DNA from: Octopus vulgaris
Taxonomy: Eukaryota
Direction of reading: 5' to 3'
Assembly (NCBI GenBank): GCA_951406725.2
Contig: OX597832.1
Location: forward strand, 54,002,001 to 54,066,000
Length of the DNA stretch: 64,000 nt
Both the position numbers and the translations under genes were made by a program. This document shows, piece by piece, positions 1 to 12,687 of this stretch; positions within the stretch are counted from its first letter, which is position 1; each line of letters opens with the position of its first letter. Under the pieces are notes generated by a model that ran no database searches, was not told the origin of the DNA, and saw nothing but the letters and a program-made list of their open reading frames with translations.

Positions 1-45
1 AACATCAACGACGATTACAGCGACAACAACGACACCAACAACAGC

Positions 46-689
46 GGATCTTTACCTTTTGACCGCCTCAATTACGCTAAGAGTAAAAGATGTTTTACAG
101 CGATCCCTCGTTTATCGCGGTAGATTGGTTCCAAGACCGGCCGCGATAACTGGATTTCAGCGAACTAGGGACACCATATTTACAGTATTTATTTAACGGG
201 TATTTGGACTTTTAAAACCCTCCCTGAACTGTTAACAACCCACCCATTACAGTAGTCTATTAATAACAAGGACAACTGTTAAGCAATAACACTCTAGATT
301 TTAAAAAATAGAGATTGTTACTGTTACACAGGCCAGATTACAAAATAGAAAGCTGTGATTAGTCGTTTCTCTCTCCATTGCACCAATCACAGCCCGTCTT
401 AAGTTCAAATACCCCTGTATATGCTTTTTTGCGATTTTACGCTTGTTTTGTTGTTCCTAGACTAGGAAATAACATTTATTATTAATATTTCAATGGATTT
501 AATGAAAAATTTTAGGTGTTCATATATATATATATATTTAAAATCCGCGAAGTCGTGAATCCGTGATAGTTGAACCGCGAAGTTACGAGGGATCACTGTA
601 TATGACACGTTCTACATGTGTCCGAAGTTAGAAAGTGTTTAGTTACAAAAAGTTACTTTTTAAATCTGTCGGTCAAAAGGTAAAGATCC
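46..689. mobile_element. Merlin-like MITE copy 1 (internally deleted, carries a nested MITE)
   Basis: TIR GGATCTTTACCTTTTGACCG at 46 and its reverse complement ending at 689; internal remnants match copy 2. Confidence 0.75.
98..598. mobile_element. Tc1/mariner (pogo/Tigger-like) MITE nested in the 46-689 element
   Basis: TIRs CAGCGATCCCTCG / CGAGGGATCACTG, TA duplicated at 96-97 and 599-600; removing it restores the host sequence seen at about 1385-1420. Confidence 0.85.
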
Positions 690-805
690 TATAATTTAAC
701 ATTTATGGTGAGTGATGAAATTACTTCTAATTCATTTAAGTAATAATATAACTAATCCTTACTTAACGTAGACATTTACTAATTCACGTCCACGGTTGCT
801 GTTGT

Positions 806-1495
806 GGATCTTTACCTTTTGACCGACAGATTTAAAAAATAATTTTTTGTAACTAGACACTTTCAAACTTCGGACATGGTAGAATGTGTCATATAAAACA
901 TGTTTTACTCTTAGCGTTTTTGAGAAAAGCTTATAATTACGAAGTTATTTCACGTTAAAGTTGTCCTATTTCGGTAATTTCAACCAATCAATGACGTGTA
1001 TTCAGCTGAATAAAATTACTGCTGCCGTTGTTTGTCAACAACTATCGGCGGTGTATATTTCGTTTGTCACTGTTATTTATGACAACCTTAACACTAAAAC
1101 CCTAACCCTCTAACCCTAACCCTAAAACTCTAACCCTAACACCCTAACCCTAACCCTAAAACTAACCCCCCAAACCCTAAAACCTTAAAGCTAAAACCAG
1201 TACAAACGCACGAACGATGTCATAAATAACAGTAACAAAAGAAATATACACCGCCGATAGTTGTTGTTGACAAACAACAGCAGTAATTTTATTCAGCTAC
1301 ACGTCATTGATTGGTTGAAATTACCGAAATAGGCCTAATTTAACGTGAAATAACTTCGTAAATATAAGTTTTTTTCTCGAAAATGCTAAGAGTAAAAGGT
1401 GTTTTATATGACACATTCTACCAGGGTCCGAAGTTTGAAAGTGTTTAGTTACAAAAAATTATTTTTAAAATCTGCCGGTCAAATGGTAAAGATCC
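806..1495. mobile_element. Merlin-like palindromic MITE copy 2 with a degenerate (CCCTAA)n core
   Basis: About 280-bp inverted arms starting GGATCTTTACC; centre 1085-1200 is TAACCC-like repeats. Superfamily inferred from GG termini and 8-bp TSD. Confidence 0.8.
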
Positions 1496-1805
1496 AAATT
1501 ATAACTTACAAAACAAAATAATTCGAATAAGCAACTAGGAGTATTTAATTGGGAGTTAAAATCTCAAATAAAGCGCAAGCATACCTCAGTTTCGTTTCTT
1601 GTTACGCTTTTTTCGATTTTGTGTCGTTTTGTTTCTTTTCTTTACGAAATAAACCTGAACTTCAGTCGATTTACGTCGGTCTCAGCGGACATATTTAAAA
1701 GCATAAGCATTTAAAAAAGAAAATACCCCAAAAACCAATACTGAAGGGGAAAACTAAAAATGAAATACATGAGAAAATATGTACAATCTATTGAATAGAT
1801 ATATG

Positions 1806-2062
1806 GGGGCCCGTGGCTTAGTGGTTAGGGTGTCAGCATCATGATCATAAGATTGTGGTTTCGATTCCTGGACCGAGTGACGCGTTGTGTTCTTGAGCAA
1901 AACACTTCATTTCACGTTGCTCCAGTCCACTCAGCTGGCAAAAATGAGTAACGCTGCGATGGACTGGCGTCCAGTCCACCTGGGGAACACATGCACCACT
2001 GAAACCGGGAAACCGGGCCCATGAGCCTGGCTAGGCTTTAAAAAGGGCGCATTTATTTATTT
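1806..2062 (+). mobile_element. tRNA-derived SINE (family D, Meta/V-domain-like body)
   Basis: A-box TGGCTTAGTGG and B-box-like GTTTCGATTCC, (ATTT)n tail; second copy at about 34345-34590. Confidence 0.8.
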
Positions 2063-2331
2063 ATATATAAGACAATTGTTTTAAAATGATTTTTCGTGTT
2101 ACGTCGTTTTTCGAGTTAAGTCGCATTTCTTGTAACCAATTACGGACGTAAGTTGAGGTATGCTGGTAACATCAAACATTAAATATTTAAATGATTGAAA
2201 ATATCACGACAGGGTAGAAATAAAAAGGAAAATGCTAAATTTTGCTATTGAAGTTAGAGGTCCTAATACAGCCATTGGCAAACTGCGACCCGCGGGACTT
2301 TTTCAATGGCACGTCAAACGAAAAATTACCT

Positions 2332-2778
2332 ATTTCTTTATTACCCACAAGCGGCTAAAACATAGAGGGGACAAACAAGGACAGACATAGGTATTAAGTC
2401 GATTACATCGACCCCAGTGCGTAACTGGCACTTAATTTATCGATCCCGAAAGGATGAAAGGTAAAGTCGACCTCGGCGGAATTTGAACTCACAACGTAAC
2501 GTCAGACGAAATACGGCTACGCATTTCGCCCGGAGTGCTAACGTCTCTGCCAGCTCGCCGCCTTAAAACAATATTCTTTTCTCCTCTAGTCACAAGGCCC
2601 GAAATTTTGAGGAGGTGGGCATTTGGTTAGATAGACCCCAGTACTTAATTTATCGACTCCGAGAGGATGAAAGGCAAAGTCGACCTCGGCGGAATTTGAA
2701 CTCACAACGTAACGTCAGACGAAATACGGCTACGCATTTCGCCCGGAGTGCTAACGTCTCTGCCAGCTCCCCGCCTTC
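2332..2778 (-). mobile_element. SINE family B, two units, flanked by an ~18-bp TSD
   Basis: Head GGCGGCGAGCTGGCAG, B-box GAGTTCAAATTCC; tcaaacgaaaaattacct on both sides. Confidence 0.85.
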
Positions 2779-3681
2779 GTATTTTTCAAACGAAAAATTA
2801 CCTTGAAATTTTTGTGAATAGTGCAGCACACTAGATATGACGTGTCCTATGTGACCTGATTCTCAAAAAAAAAAGGGGCTGCCCATCCCTGCAAAGTTCA
2901 ATGAAAGGTAATGGTATTTATCTTTTGACGATTAATTACAAAAAATGAGTGACATTTAGGGGTGTCACGTTGAAAATTGTGAACTATATCCATGTACACA
3001 AGGTACAGAAGGATAACTAACCTATATAATTGCATTTGGTTAAAATAATAGATTTGGGGGTTTCAGGGTGAAGCCTGTTTTCCCCATATGTTTCTATTAT
3101 TCATTTTTCCTGATTCATTTAACACGGTATATTTTGGGGGAAACCAAACACTTGCGATAAAGAGGGATAGATGTATTTTATGTTATAGACCCTGGAAGAA
3201 TGAGAAGCAAAGTTTATTTCTGCGACTTTTGATCTGGAAGAAATGTCACTAGGAATTGTCACTGACGTACCATTCACTAAGCATCGCCACTAAAATGCCA
3301 CTGAAGAAATGCCAGTAAACCTCCGGAAGAAATACCACTTAGAAATGCCACTGAAAGCGTATTCCCAAGGAATAAATTTATTGTTTTTAAGTGTTTTCCT
3401 ATTCTTATAGTTAACATATGATTCCCTCATTGCTAATAAGTCTGTTGAAGTCTATAAAACCAAGACATGTCTCTGGAGTTGTTTGTATAAGTGCCGGGAA
3501 CGAAATTTGATTTCGAGGTGAGAACCCAGGTCCAAAATGTTTTGGAAAATATGTCGATTTTTTTCAATCTTAACATCAAAACAAACATAGGAGGCGTGCA
3601 TAATGGATCACCGTAAGTGCGTACGTATGTACGTATGCATGTTTGCATACATGCATGTATGTATGTATGTATGTATGTGTG

Positions 3682-3760
<79 letters not shown>

Positions 3761-3763
3761 TAC

Positions 3764-4153
3764 GTACAGGAGTGGCTGTGTGGTAAGTAGCTTGCTTACT
3801 AACCACATGTGTCCGGGTTCAGTCCCACTGCGTGACACCTTGGGCAAGTGTCTTCTACTATAGCCTCGGGCCAACCAAAGCCTTGTGAGTGGATTTGGTA
3901 GACGGAAACTGAAAGAATCCCGTCGTATATATGTGTGTGTGTGTGTTTCTGTTTGTATGTCTGTGTTTGTCCCCCCCAACATTGCTTGATAACCGATGCT
4001 GGTGTGTTTACGTCCCTGTCACTTAGCGGTTCGGCAAGAGAATCCAATAGAATAAGTGCTAGGCTTACAAATAATAAGTTCTGGGGTCGATTTGCTCGAC
4101 TAAAGGCGGTGCCCCAGCATGGCCGCAGTCAAATGACTGAAACAAATAAAAGA
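3764..4153 (+). mobile_element. tRNA-derived SINE family A (octopus OK-like), full length
   Basis: GGAGTGGCTGTGTGGTAAG...GGTTCAGTCCC head, internal (TA)n(TG)n, tail GACTGAAACAAGTAAAAGA; more than 10 copies or fragments in the window. Confidence 0.9.
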
Positions 4154-5219
4154 ACACATACACTTCATCGTCGACTTACGACCTATTCGACTTACGACCG
4201 TTCGACTTTACGACGATTGGCGCGCCAGCTCCCGGCGGCGATAGTAAATAGTCCAATTGAAATCTAATGGGTTCAATTTCTTAGAAATTAACTTGTCTAC
4301 GGGTGGTGTCAGCTAACAAACGCTTCCCCTAGGTTTCGTTATCGATCGCCACTGTGATGGATGAATATCCTGTCGTGGAGACATCGAGGCAACCTCGTAT
4401 TTGTTTATAAGACGACTGCCTGAGACTCCGAAATGTTTGACTAACGCCAGTATAGTAGTATAACACAGAATGCTGAGTGTGACCTTTACGCGAGAATGTA
4501 CCTTAAGAATGTAGAAATACAAAACAAAGCTATGTGTAGGCCTATAGGCCGATTTACGACTAGTCAGTCGGAACGAATTGTGGTCATAAATCGACGACGA
4601 CCTGTATGTATGTATGTATATATATATATATATATATTGGTAAAAACGGTAAGATAACAAAAGAAAGAAAGAGACCTCAATATTATGTAAATAGAGGAAA
4701 TTTATCTGTAAATTAATATGAGACAATTATTCAATAGCCAAGATAAAACTGCCAGATGGCCAGATAACCGAAGAGATGGTGTTGTGGATTTCCACTTCGG
4801 CATCCGAAATTAAGAGTTTTATCTTGGCTATTGAATAATTATCACATATTAATTTACAGATATATATATATATTTCTTTACTACCCACAAGGAGCTAAAC
4901 ATAGAGGGGACAAACAAGGACAGACAAACGGATTAAGTCGATTACATCGACCCCAGTGCGTAACTGGTGCTTAATTTATCGACCCCGAAAGGATGAAAGG
5001 CAAAGTCGACCTCGGCGGAATTTGAACTCAGAACGTAGCGGCAGACTAAATACGGTAACGCATTTCTCAATTCTCAGGTCTCCATATTTATCAACTTTTT
5101 CTTTCATGGTATGTTAATCTCCTGATACTGCAACGTCGATTATTAGGCACTCTTGTTTGTCCCACCTAGAAGTTACTATACCCGGCCTTCGGTGCTCTAA
5201 CACTTTATCTGTATGGAAA

Positions 5220-5760
5220 TCAAAGTCCCAGAGGATATTTGCCTTCCCCTTCTCGTCCATTACCTTTACATGAACAGAAAACCAGTATAGAAGCTTTTGA
5301 GAGATCTTCTATTAGCGCAACATCGTCTGCAATAAGCAGATGACGAATGACACCGGTGCGCAGCAGTATTTTGGCTTTGAATAATCTTGTCCGAAACTGG
5401 AATTTAACACCACTTCGTATGACATCAAAATCAATCATGCTTCAACATCACTGAAAAGAAGAGTGCTAACAAAAACATGGACCATGACACAACCTTGCAA
5501 AGGATAAAAGCGGCTGCAAATATACCGCCTGCACTGACCTGTAATCTTCGTATTCGCAAAATCTGCGGGCTTCTTTGTAAATCGGTGGCGGGACTCGAAT
5601 ACCGCATTCGACATAAGCATCACGACTGACAAAGAAAGTGTAGGCTGTCGAATCCTGATACATCGAAATCGACGGAAGAGTCCATCACATATATAAAGGT
5701 AAGAAGCTCTCAAGGGAGTTGAACGGTAGGTCTTCAGAGAAGAAAATCTGTCAGGCAAGT
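5220..5760 (-). pseudogene. Degenerate RTE-clade LINE reverse-transcriptase fragment
   Basis: QGCVM...LLFS and FRTRLFKAK...IRHLLIADDVALI resemble the RTE QGCVLAP and DLLFADD motifs; frameshifted. Confidence 0.65.
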
Positions 5761-5999
5761 GTTTCAGCCCTTGACTTCTTACACTCTAAGGGGGTCGGGC
5801 CGCATCCAGGTCATGATCGTGGCTGCCCTTCTGCTGACACGTTTTAGCCACTTGAATATCGGAAATTTCTTCATTTAAACCGCTTGGCGATTTCATCTAG
5901 CTGTAACTCCTCTCTGCTGATTCAGCTACCAAACTTATACTTGAAGAAACAACGTTGGTTGCCATGGTAACGGTGAAACGTCAACACTTTCACAGTGAT

Positions 6000-6330
6000 T
6001 CAACTCAGAGTTACTACCCTTAGCGGTAAAGCGGTGTTGAGATCGTTTTGTTCCTCCTCAACCAGAACCAACTGGAACACCTCTCCGCTTTCTCTGATAT
6101 TGTCTTTAAAGCTTCGATTTTGTTCTTCCCAGAGACAGAGAGTTGTTTCATTAGATGGTAAGTTAACCTGGACATAAAACCGCAAGCTCCAACCTCTGTG
6201 GCGAGAACTTTAACCCGGAAGTCAGTTTCCCTCAGGCCGTTGGTTAGACTGGCGTATTTTTCGCTCATGAACACGTGAGCTTCTTCAATTCCACACATTG
6301 AGTTCATTCAAAATTGGTTGCTCTAATGAA
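6000..6330 (-). pseudogene. RLE-type (Hero-like) non-LTR retrotransposon C-terminal fragment
   Basis: EEAH...KY..L...EVGACGF...AERCSSWFWLRR resembles the Hero endonuclease C-terminus. Confidence 0.7.
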
Positions 6331-6380
6331 CTGGAATGGAGTACGATATCCAGCCTCAAGCCACACTTCCTGAGGATTTC

Positions 6381-7035
6381 TTATTTTTTTACTGCCAACA
6401 AGGGGCTGAACATAGAGGGGACAAACAAGGACAGAAAAACGGATTAACTCGATTATATCGACCCCAGTGCGTAACTGGTACTTATTTAATCGACCCCGAA
6501 AGGATGAAAGGCAAAGTCGACCTCGGCGGAATTTGAACTCAGAACGTAGCAACAGACGAAATAGCTATTTCTTTACTACCCACAAGAGGCTAGACACAGA
6601 GAGGACAAACAAGGACAGACAAACGGATTAACTCGATTATATCGACACCAGTGCGTAACTGGTACTTAATTTATCGACCCCGAAAGGATGAAAGGCAAAG
6701 TCGACCTCGGCAGAATTTGAACTCAGAACGTAGCGACAGACGAAATACCGCTAAGCATTTCGCCCGGCGTGCTAACGTTTCTGCCAGCTCGCCGCCTTTA
6801 AAGGAATATATATTTCTTTACTACCCACAAGGGGCTGAACATAGAGGGGACAAACAAGGACAGACAAACGGATTAAGTCGATTACATCGACCCCAGTGCG
6901 TAACTGGTACTTAATTTATCGACTCCGAAAGGATGAAAGGCAAAGTCGACCTCGGCGGAATTTGAACTCAGAACGTAGCGGCTGACGAAATACCGCTAAG
7001 CATTTCGCCCGGCGTGCTAACGTTTCTGCCAGCTG
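6381..7035 (-). mobile_element. SINE family B tandem cluster (3 units)
   Basis: 184-bp period between 6382 and 6566, plus a further headed copy at 6810-7035. Confidence 0.9.
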
Positions 7036-7318
7036 TCTTCCTGGTGATTTCTGGTTGTTTTGTTGATTCTGGGAGGTCCGCTGAGCACTCCCAGAAGACT
7101 TTAGCTTAAGCCCTTGGCCCAACTGGTTTCGAGTAGTATCGGATAGAATTGGGCGAAACTACGTGGACATTCAAGATTCCGACTGAAGAAGCAGTTGGCT
7201 GCGAATGATCCATGTATCTTGTTTTGTTCTGTTTGCTGTTGTTGTGGTATCGTCCTTTTCCCGCTTGTTATGTTTTGACTATTTCCGTTTGTTGTGTTTT
7301 TACCTTTGATTTATATAT

Positions 7319-7398
<80 letters not shown>

Positions 7399-7798
7399 CA
7401 AAATGGGACAACAAGGTGATACAAAAAGGGACAACAGAATATCCAGATAGACGATACAAAAAGACAAGGACGGGTCATTCGAAGCTTTCTATCGTCAGTC
7501 ACGAACCGGACCATCCTCGCAATTTCGGCTGTGAGGTTGCTCCAATCTGGCCAGCCCCAAGGAAAAACTAAGCTAAGAGCATTAGATTCCTTGGAAGAAA
7601 ACATCGAATGTATACGAAAACAAGGACGGAAAAACAGACGATGTTACACAAATATAAATACAAAATACAATTAAAAAAATAACAGGACAAAACAACGGGT
7701 GTCTTTCGACTGGGGACGAATTGAATTCAGCTGGCGTGTCTGGAAATGAAGCCTTACGGGAGAGATACAAAACATTCACAAACACAGGAAAGAATATC

Positions 7799-7860
<62 letters not shown>

Positions 7861-7863
<3 letters not shown>

Positions 7864-8392
7864 TATCAAGTTAGAGGAGTTTAATACCTCTAAGGGATAA
7901 TTAAATCCAGAGTCGCTCCTGGCTATTAGCTGGGTAGGTACAGTCTTTTGTAAGGTTGTGCGGTACCAAGTAATTCGTTTGGTAAACCGGAGTTTAGATT
8001 ATATAAGAGAAGAAAAGGGATACAAATAACATTGGGAAACTCTTGGTTTACGCTGGTATGTCTTTAATTAAATAGGTAACAAAGGAGGAAGAAGCAAAGA
8101 TGAGGGTAGCATTTACGATCGTTTCGATTTACTGAAGTAAGTAAATCTCTTCAGAATGCAATTATAGATAGATTCATCGGTTAGGATGCGAAAATGATTG
8201 ATACATATGTGATGGTAATGTAAACAAAGTGGTAATTCTTACATTGAATTTTGTTCTTGCACTTGTAAATTTGTTGGGTTTGCTTGTGGTAGACTGGTTG
8301 GTTTAGTTGGGTAATTAGGGCTGAGTAATTTAGGTGCGGGTTACCTCGTTTAATTAAGCACATTTTTCTCACGTGTGCATTCCGTTGTATAG

Positions 8393-8395
<3 letters not shown>
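7861..8395 (-). mobile_element. Penelope-like element 3' end (pLTR) between microsatellites
   Basis: Ends of a putative GIY-YIG ORF (CLIKRGNPHLN) followed by a minimal hammerhead motif; flanked by (TA)n and (TC)n(TA)n. Confidence 0.55.
8109..8159 (-). ncRNA. Minimal type-I hammerhead ribozyme motif
   Basis: GCAUU CUGAAGA GAUUUACU uacuuc AGUAAAUC GAA ACGAUCGU A AAUGC: intact core, 5-bp stem I, 8-bp stem II, palindromic stem III, GUA cleavage triplet. Confidence 0.85.
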
Positions 8396-8483
<88 letters not shown>

Positions 8484-9393
8484 CCAAGAAAGTTAGAGGT
8501 TGTGAATCCAACCAACTAAGGGATAATATCTATCCAATATACAGCTGGTGGAATACCAAATTATTAATACACAAGTGTCTTCATTTTATTTATTTCCTGT
8601 ATGTTATATTTTAATAATTACTGGTATCCTTATATATCTTTATATATTTTATATGCAAAGCATGATATGTTATACATGTATGTATATTCTTGTAATTGTC
8701 AGTTTAGTAAATAAATAAATAAATAAATCAACATAATATAATGCCTAAAAGTTGATGAATACCACTGTAACGAACTTGATGTGAGTGTGAAAGTCTTGTC
8801 TTGTACTTTCGGGGTACAAGAAAGCAATCACTCACTAGCCGTTGCTTTAATAATCCAGAATTCTACCAGTCAGAAACAACAAGACGCAGACGTAAAATAT
8901 ACATATAACTACTTTATTCTCTTTCTTGGTAAACAATAACAATACGTGTGTTATCTGATGTCCTTGATTCTGGACGCGCAAGGCTGAAAGTTAATAGATT
9001 GTAATATTTACAATCTTCAGCCCAAAAACAGAAAGGGGTCAAGATGGCGTCGAACAATGGAGACGATGTTGGTCTGCAACAATTTGGTTAAAGCCCTTTT
9101 GGTAAGGACTGCTAGAAGCTAGTTCAGACGGAGAGAATATATGCGTGACCGTCGCCGTCAATCGCTGGGTCCCAAGTCCTCGATGACTGCTGCTAGTGGT
9201 CAAACGTTCTACGACCCCCTTGCCTCGGCCAGGGTCGTGCTTCCGGTGGATCGCGCATGCGCGAGAGGGGCCTTCCTTTCTGTGCCTTGGTGAAGGCACC
9301 AACACGCGCGAAATACAAATGGACCGTGCGCGAGCGCGCGCCGTTGTAGGATCACTACACCACTTATTGATCCCCTCCATTTTCTTATTGCTT

Positions 9394-10145
<752 letters not shown>

Positions 10146-10486
10146 TTGGAAGTATCAATTTACTAGATGGAGTCCAATAAATGTTATTAAATAAATGAAA
10201 CGGGTTTTGATGATAATACGAATTATTTATATAATTTAACCAGACACCTGTTTCTGTTGCAAAATACCATATTTGGGTATACAATTGAAGAACATGTATT
10301 CCAACAAAAATAATGCATATTCTTTTGTTGAAATATATGTTCTTCAATTGTATACCCAAATATGGTCTTTTGCAACAGAAACAGCCGTCTGGTTAAATTA
10401 AATAAATAATTGGTATTATCATCAAAACCTGCTCCATTTATTTGATGACATTTATTGGACTCCGTCTAATAAGTTGATTTTTCCAA
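10146..10486. repeat. About 340-bp imperfect palindrome (fold-back)
   Basis: Arms pair from ttggaa (10146) to ttccaa (10486), centre near 10316. Confidence 0.9.
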
Positions 10487-10620
10487 ACATTTTTATTTAT
10501 ATATATTCATATGGAAATGAAAGGATTCCCTTAAATAAAGTATGATTAAAAAACCTTGGAAACCCTAGGGAATAATGACCTAAATGGAAGAAGTATTTTT
10601 ATCCGGAAAAATATAGTGTA

Positions 10621-10674
<54 letters not shown>

Positions 10675-10675
10675 G

Positions 10676-11058
10676 TAGCACTCCGTGGTTACGAAGACGA
10701 GAGTTCCAGATGATCTGATCAACGAACAGCCTGCTCGTGAAATTAAAGCACAAGTGGCTGAGCACTCCACAGTCACGTGTACCCTTAACGTTGTTCTCGG
10801 GGAAATTCAGCGTGACACAGATTGTGGACAAGGCCGGCCCTTTGAAATACAGGCACAACAGAAGCAGGAAGAAAGAGTGAGAGAAAGTTGTGGTGAAAGA
10901 ATACAGCAGGGTTCGCCACCATACAGCAGGGTTCGCTTGAGCCCAGTGGATATTTAAGTATTTTCGCTCAATAAACACTCACAACGCCCGGTCTGGGAAT
11001 CGAAACCACGATCGTATAACCACGAGTCCGCTGCCCTAACCACTGGGCCATTGTGCCT

Positions 11059-11061
<3 letters not shown>
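10676..11061 (-). mobile_element. tRNA-derived SINE family C (OR-like) inserted in a TG/CA microsatellite
   Basis: Head GGAGGCACAATGGCCCAGTGGTTAGGGCAGCGGAC; homologous to 21885-22272. Confidence 0.85.
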
Positions 11062-11132
<71 letters not shown>

Positions 11133-11624
11133 ATACACACAGCAACAATTTAACACCAGCAACAACCACGGCCACTCCTCAACACTAGCACAATTGATGA
11201 ACTATTAAACTCTGCAATCAAGGGCCCTTCACAGTCTTGCTATCCACTTCCTCATTTCCTCGGAGTACCACAAGTGACCCTTCATCATCACTGTCATCAT
11301 GTTCTACTGCTACTACCCTTGCCACAACTAAACAATAGCAACAACAACAAACTCAACATTGGAAGCCACTCTTCAATACTAGAACAACTGATGAACTAAT
11401 GGACAACACAGTCTCCAGCTCATCTCTGCTGTCAGGTCACTCGAATTCTTCTGAGAATAACTCAAGAGATCCATCATCATCATAGTCATCCTATTCTACT
11501 GCTACTGTCATTACCACTACTGCTACTCCAGTTAGTGAAGATTCACTCCTTTCTCCCTTCCCCGTCGACCTCAATATGAATGTATACCAGACAGTTCCAT
11601 GATAGATCTGCCAACTCTACATAT

Positions 11625-11985
11625 AGGCGTAGGAATGGCTGTGTGGTAAGTAGCTTGCTTACGAACCAGATGGTCCCGGGTACAGTCCCACTGCAAGTGA
11701 CTTCTACTAAAGCCTCGGGCCGACCGAAGCCTTGTGAGTGGATTTGGTACACACACACACGTGTGTGTGTGTGTGCATATGTTTGTGTGCCTGTGTTCGT
11801 CCCCACCAACATCGCTTGACAACCGATGCTGGTGTGTATACGGCCCCGTAACTTAGTGGTTCGGCAAAAGAGACCGATGGAATAAGTACTAGGCTTACAA
11901 AGAATAAGTCCTGGGGTCAATTTGCTCGACTAATGGCGGTGCTCCAGCATGGCCACAGTCAAATGACTGAAACAAGTAAAAGAGT
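11625..11985 (+). mobile_element. SINE family A copy with internal deletions
   Basis: Matches 3764-4153. Confidence 0.85.
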
Positions 11986-12583
11986 AAAGTAAAACTATGA
12001 ACACACGAAACCCCCAAAATATGCTGCTATTCTCAACACGAGAGGCTATGCATACGCAGAGACTGTAACTTCAGCGCAAACCACACATCTAACACCACCA
12101 CCACCACTAAATGCCAAATTACAATAACTTCTACACATGTAACCCGGAGTCCTAAAATTTGTTGCTATTTCCAACAAAAATATTATATCTGATGTGATCA
12201 GATGTCCCTTCACTCATCTTCCAGGGACTCGATGCACATGTAAAAGCATGACACTAAACCACCACCAAATCCACAATAGAAACATTCCTTACAGTGTTGG
12301 TCCAGACAGACACACACACATTCTCAGTTTTATATATATATAGATAATAAGTCTATCCTCCCACAAGCTCAAAAAGGCCGTAAAAGGAATTCTTATCAGT
12401 TCAAAGATCAATAACTCATAAGTAAAATCATTTTAGAGAATTACCGGAGCAAAAAGAACCTGAATATGACATGGATAGACGAGTGGAAAGCGTTTGTGTC
12501 CCACATAATTAGCTACTCAAAGGCCTTGAGATATGTAAGACCTCTTCTGTCGTCTCCAAATTCTTACAAGGTAGCATGGACAA

Positions 12584-12687
<104 letters not shown>

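Noticed and set aside
1085-1200. Telomere or chromosome-fusion relic
   Set aside because: The degenerate CCCTAA tract is the centre of a TIR element and recurs in other MITEs.
1579-2163. Possible TIR element (gcatacctca...tgaggtatgc)
   Set aside because: A short inverted match is present, but there is no TSD or second copy to support a call.
7165-7225. Hammerhead-like CTGAAGA-aGCAG..CTGC-GAA (and a similar minus-strand motif near 7470-7500)
   Set aside because: GAA is followed by T rather than A and no adjacent stem I or III can be formed; at most a decayed relic.
8950-9003. Hammerhead-like CTGATGT-CCTTG..CAAGG-CTGAAAG
   Set aside because: Core A9 is missing, there are extra bases before GAAA and stem I is negligible.
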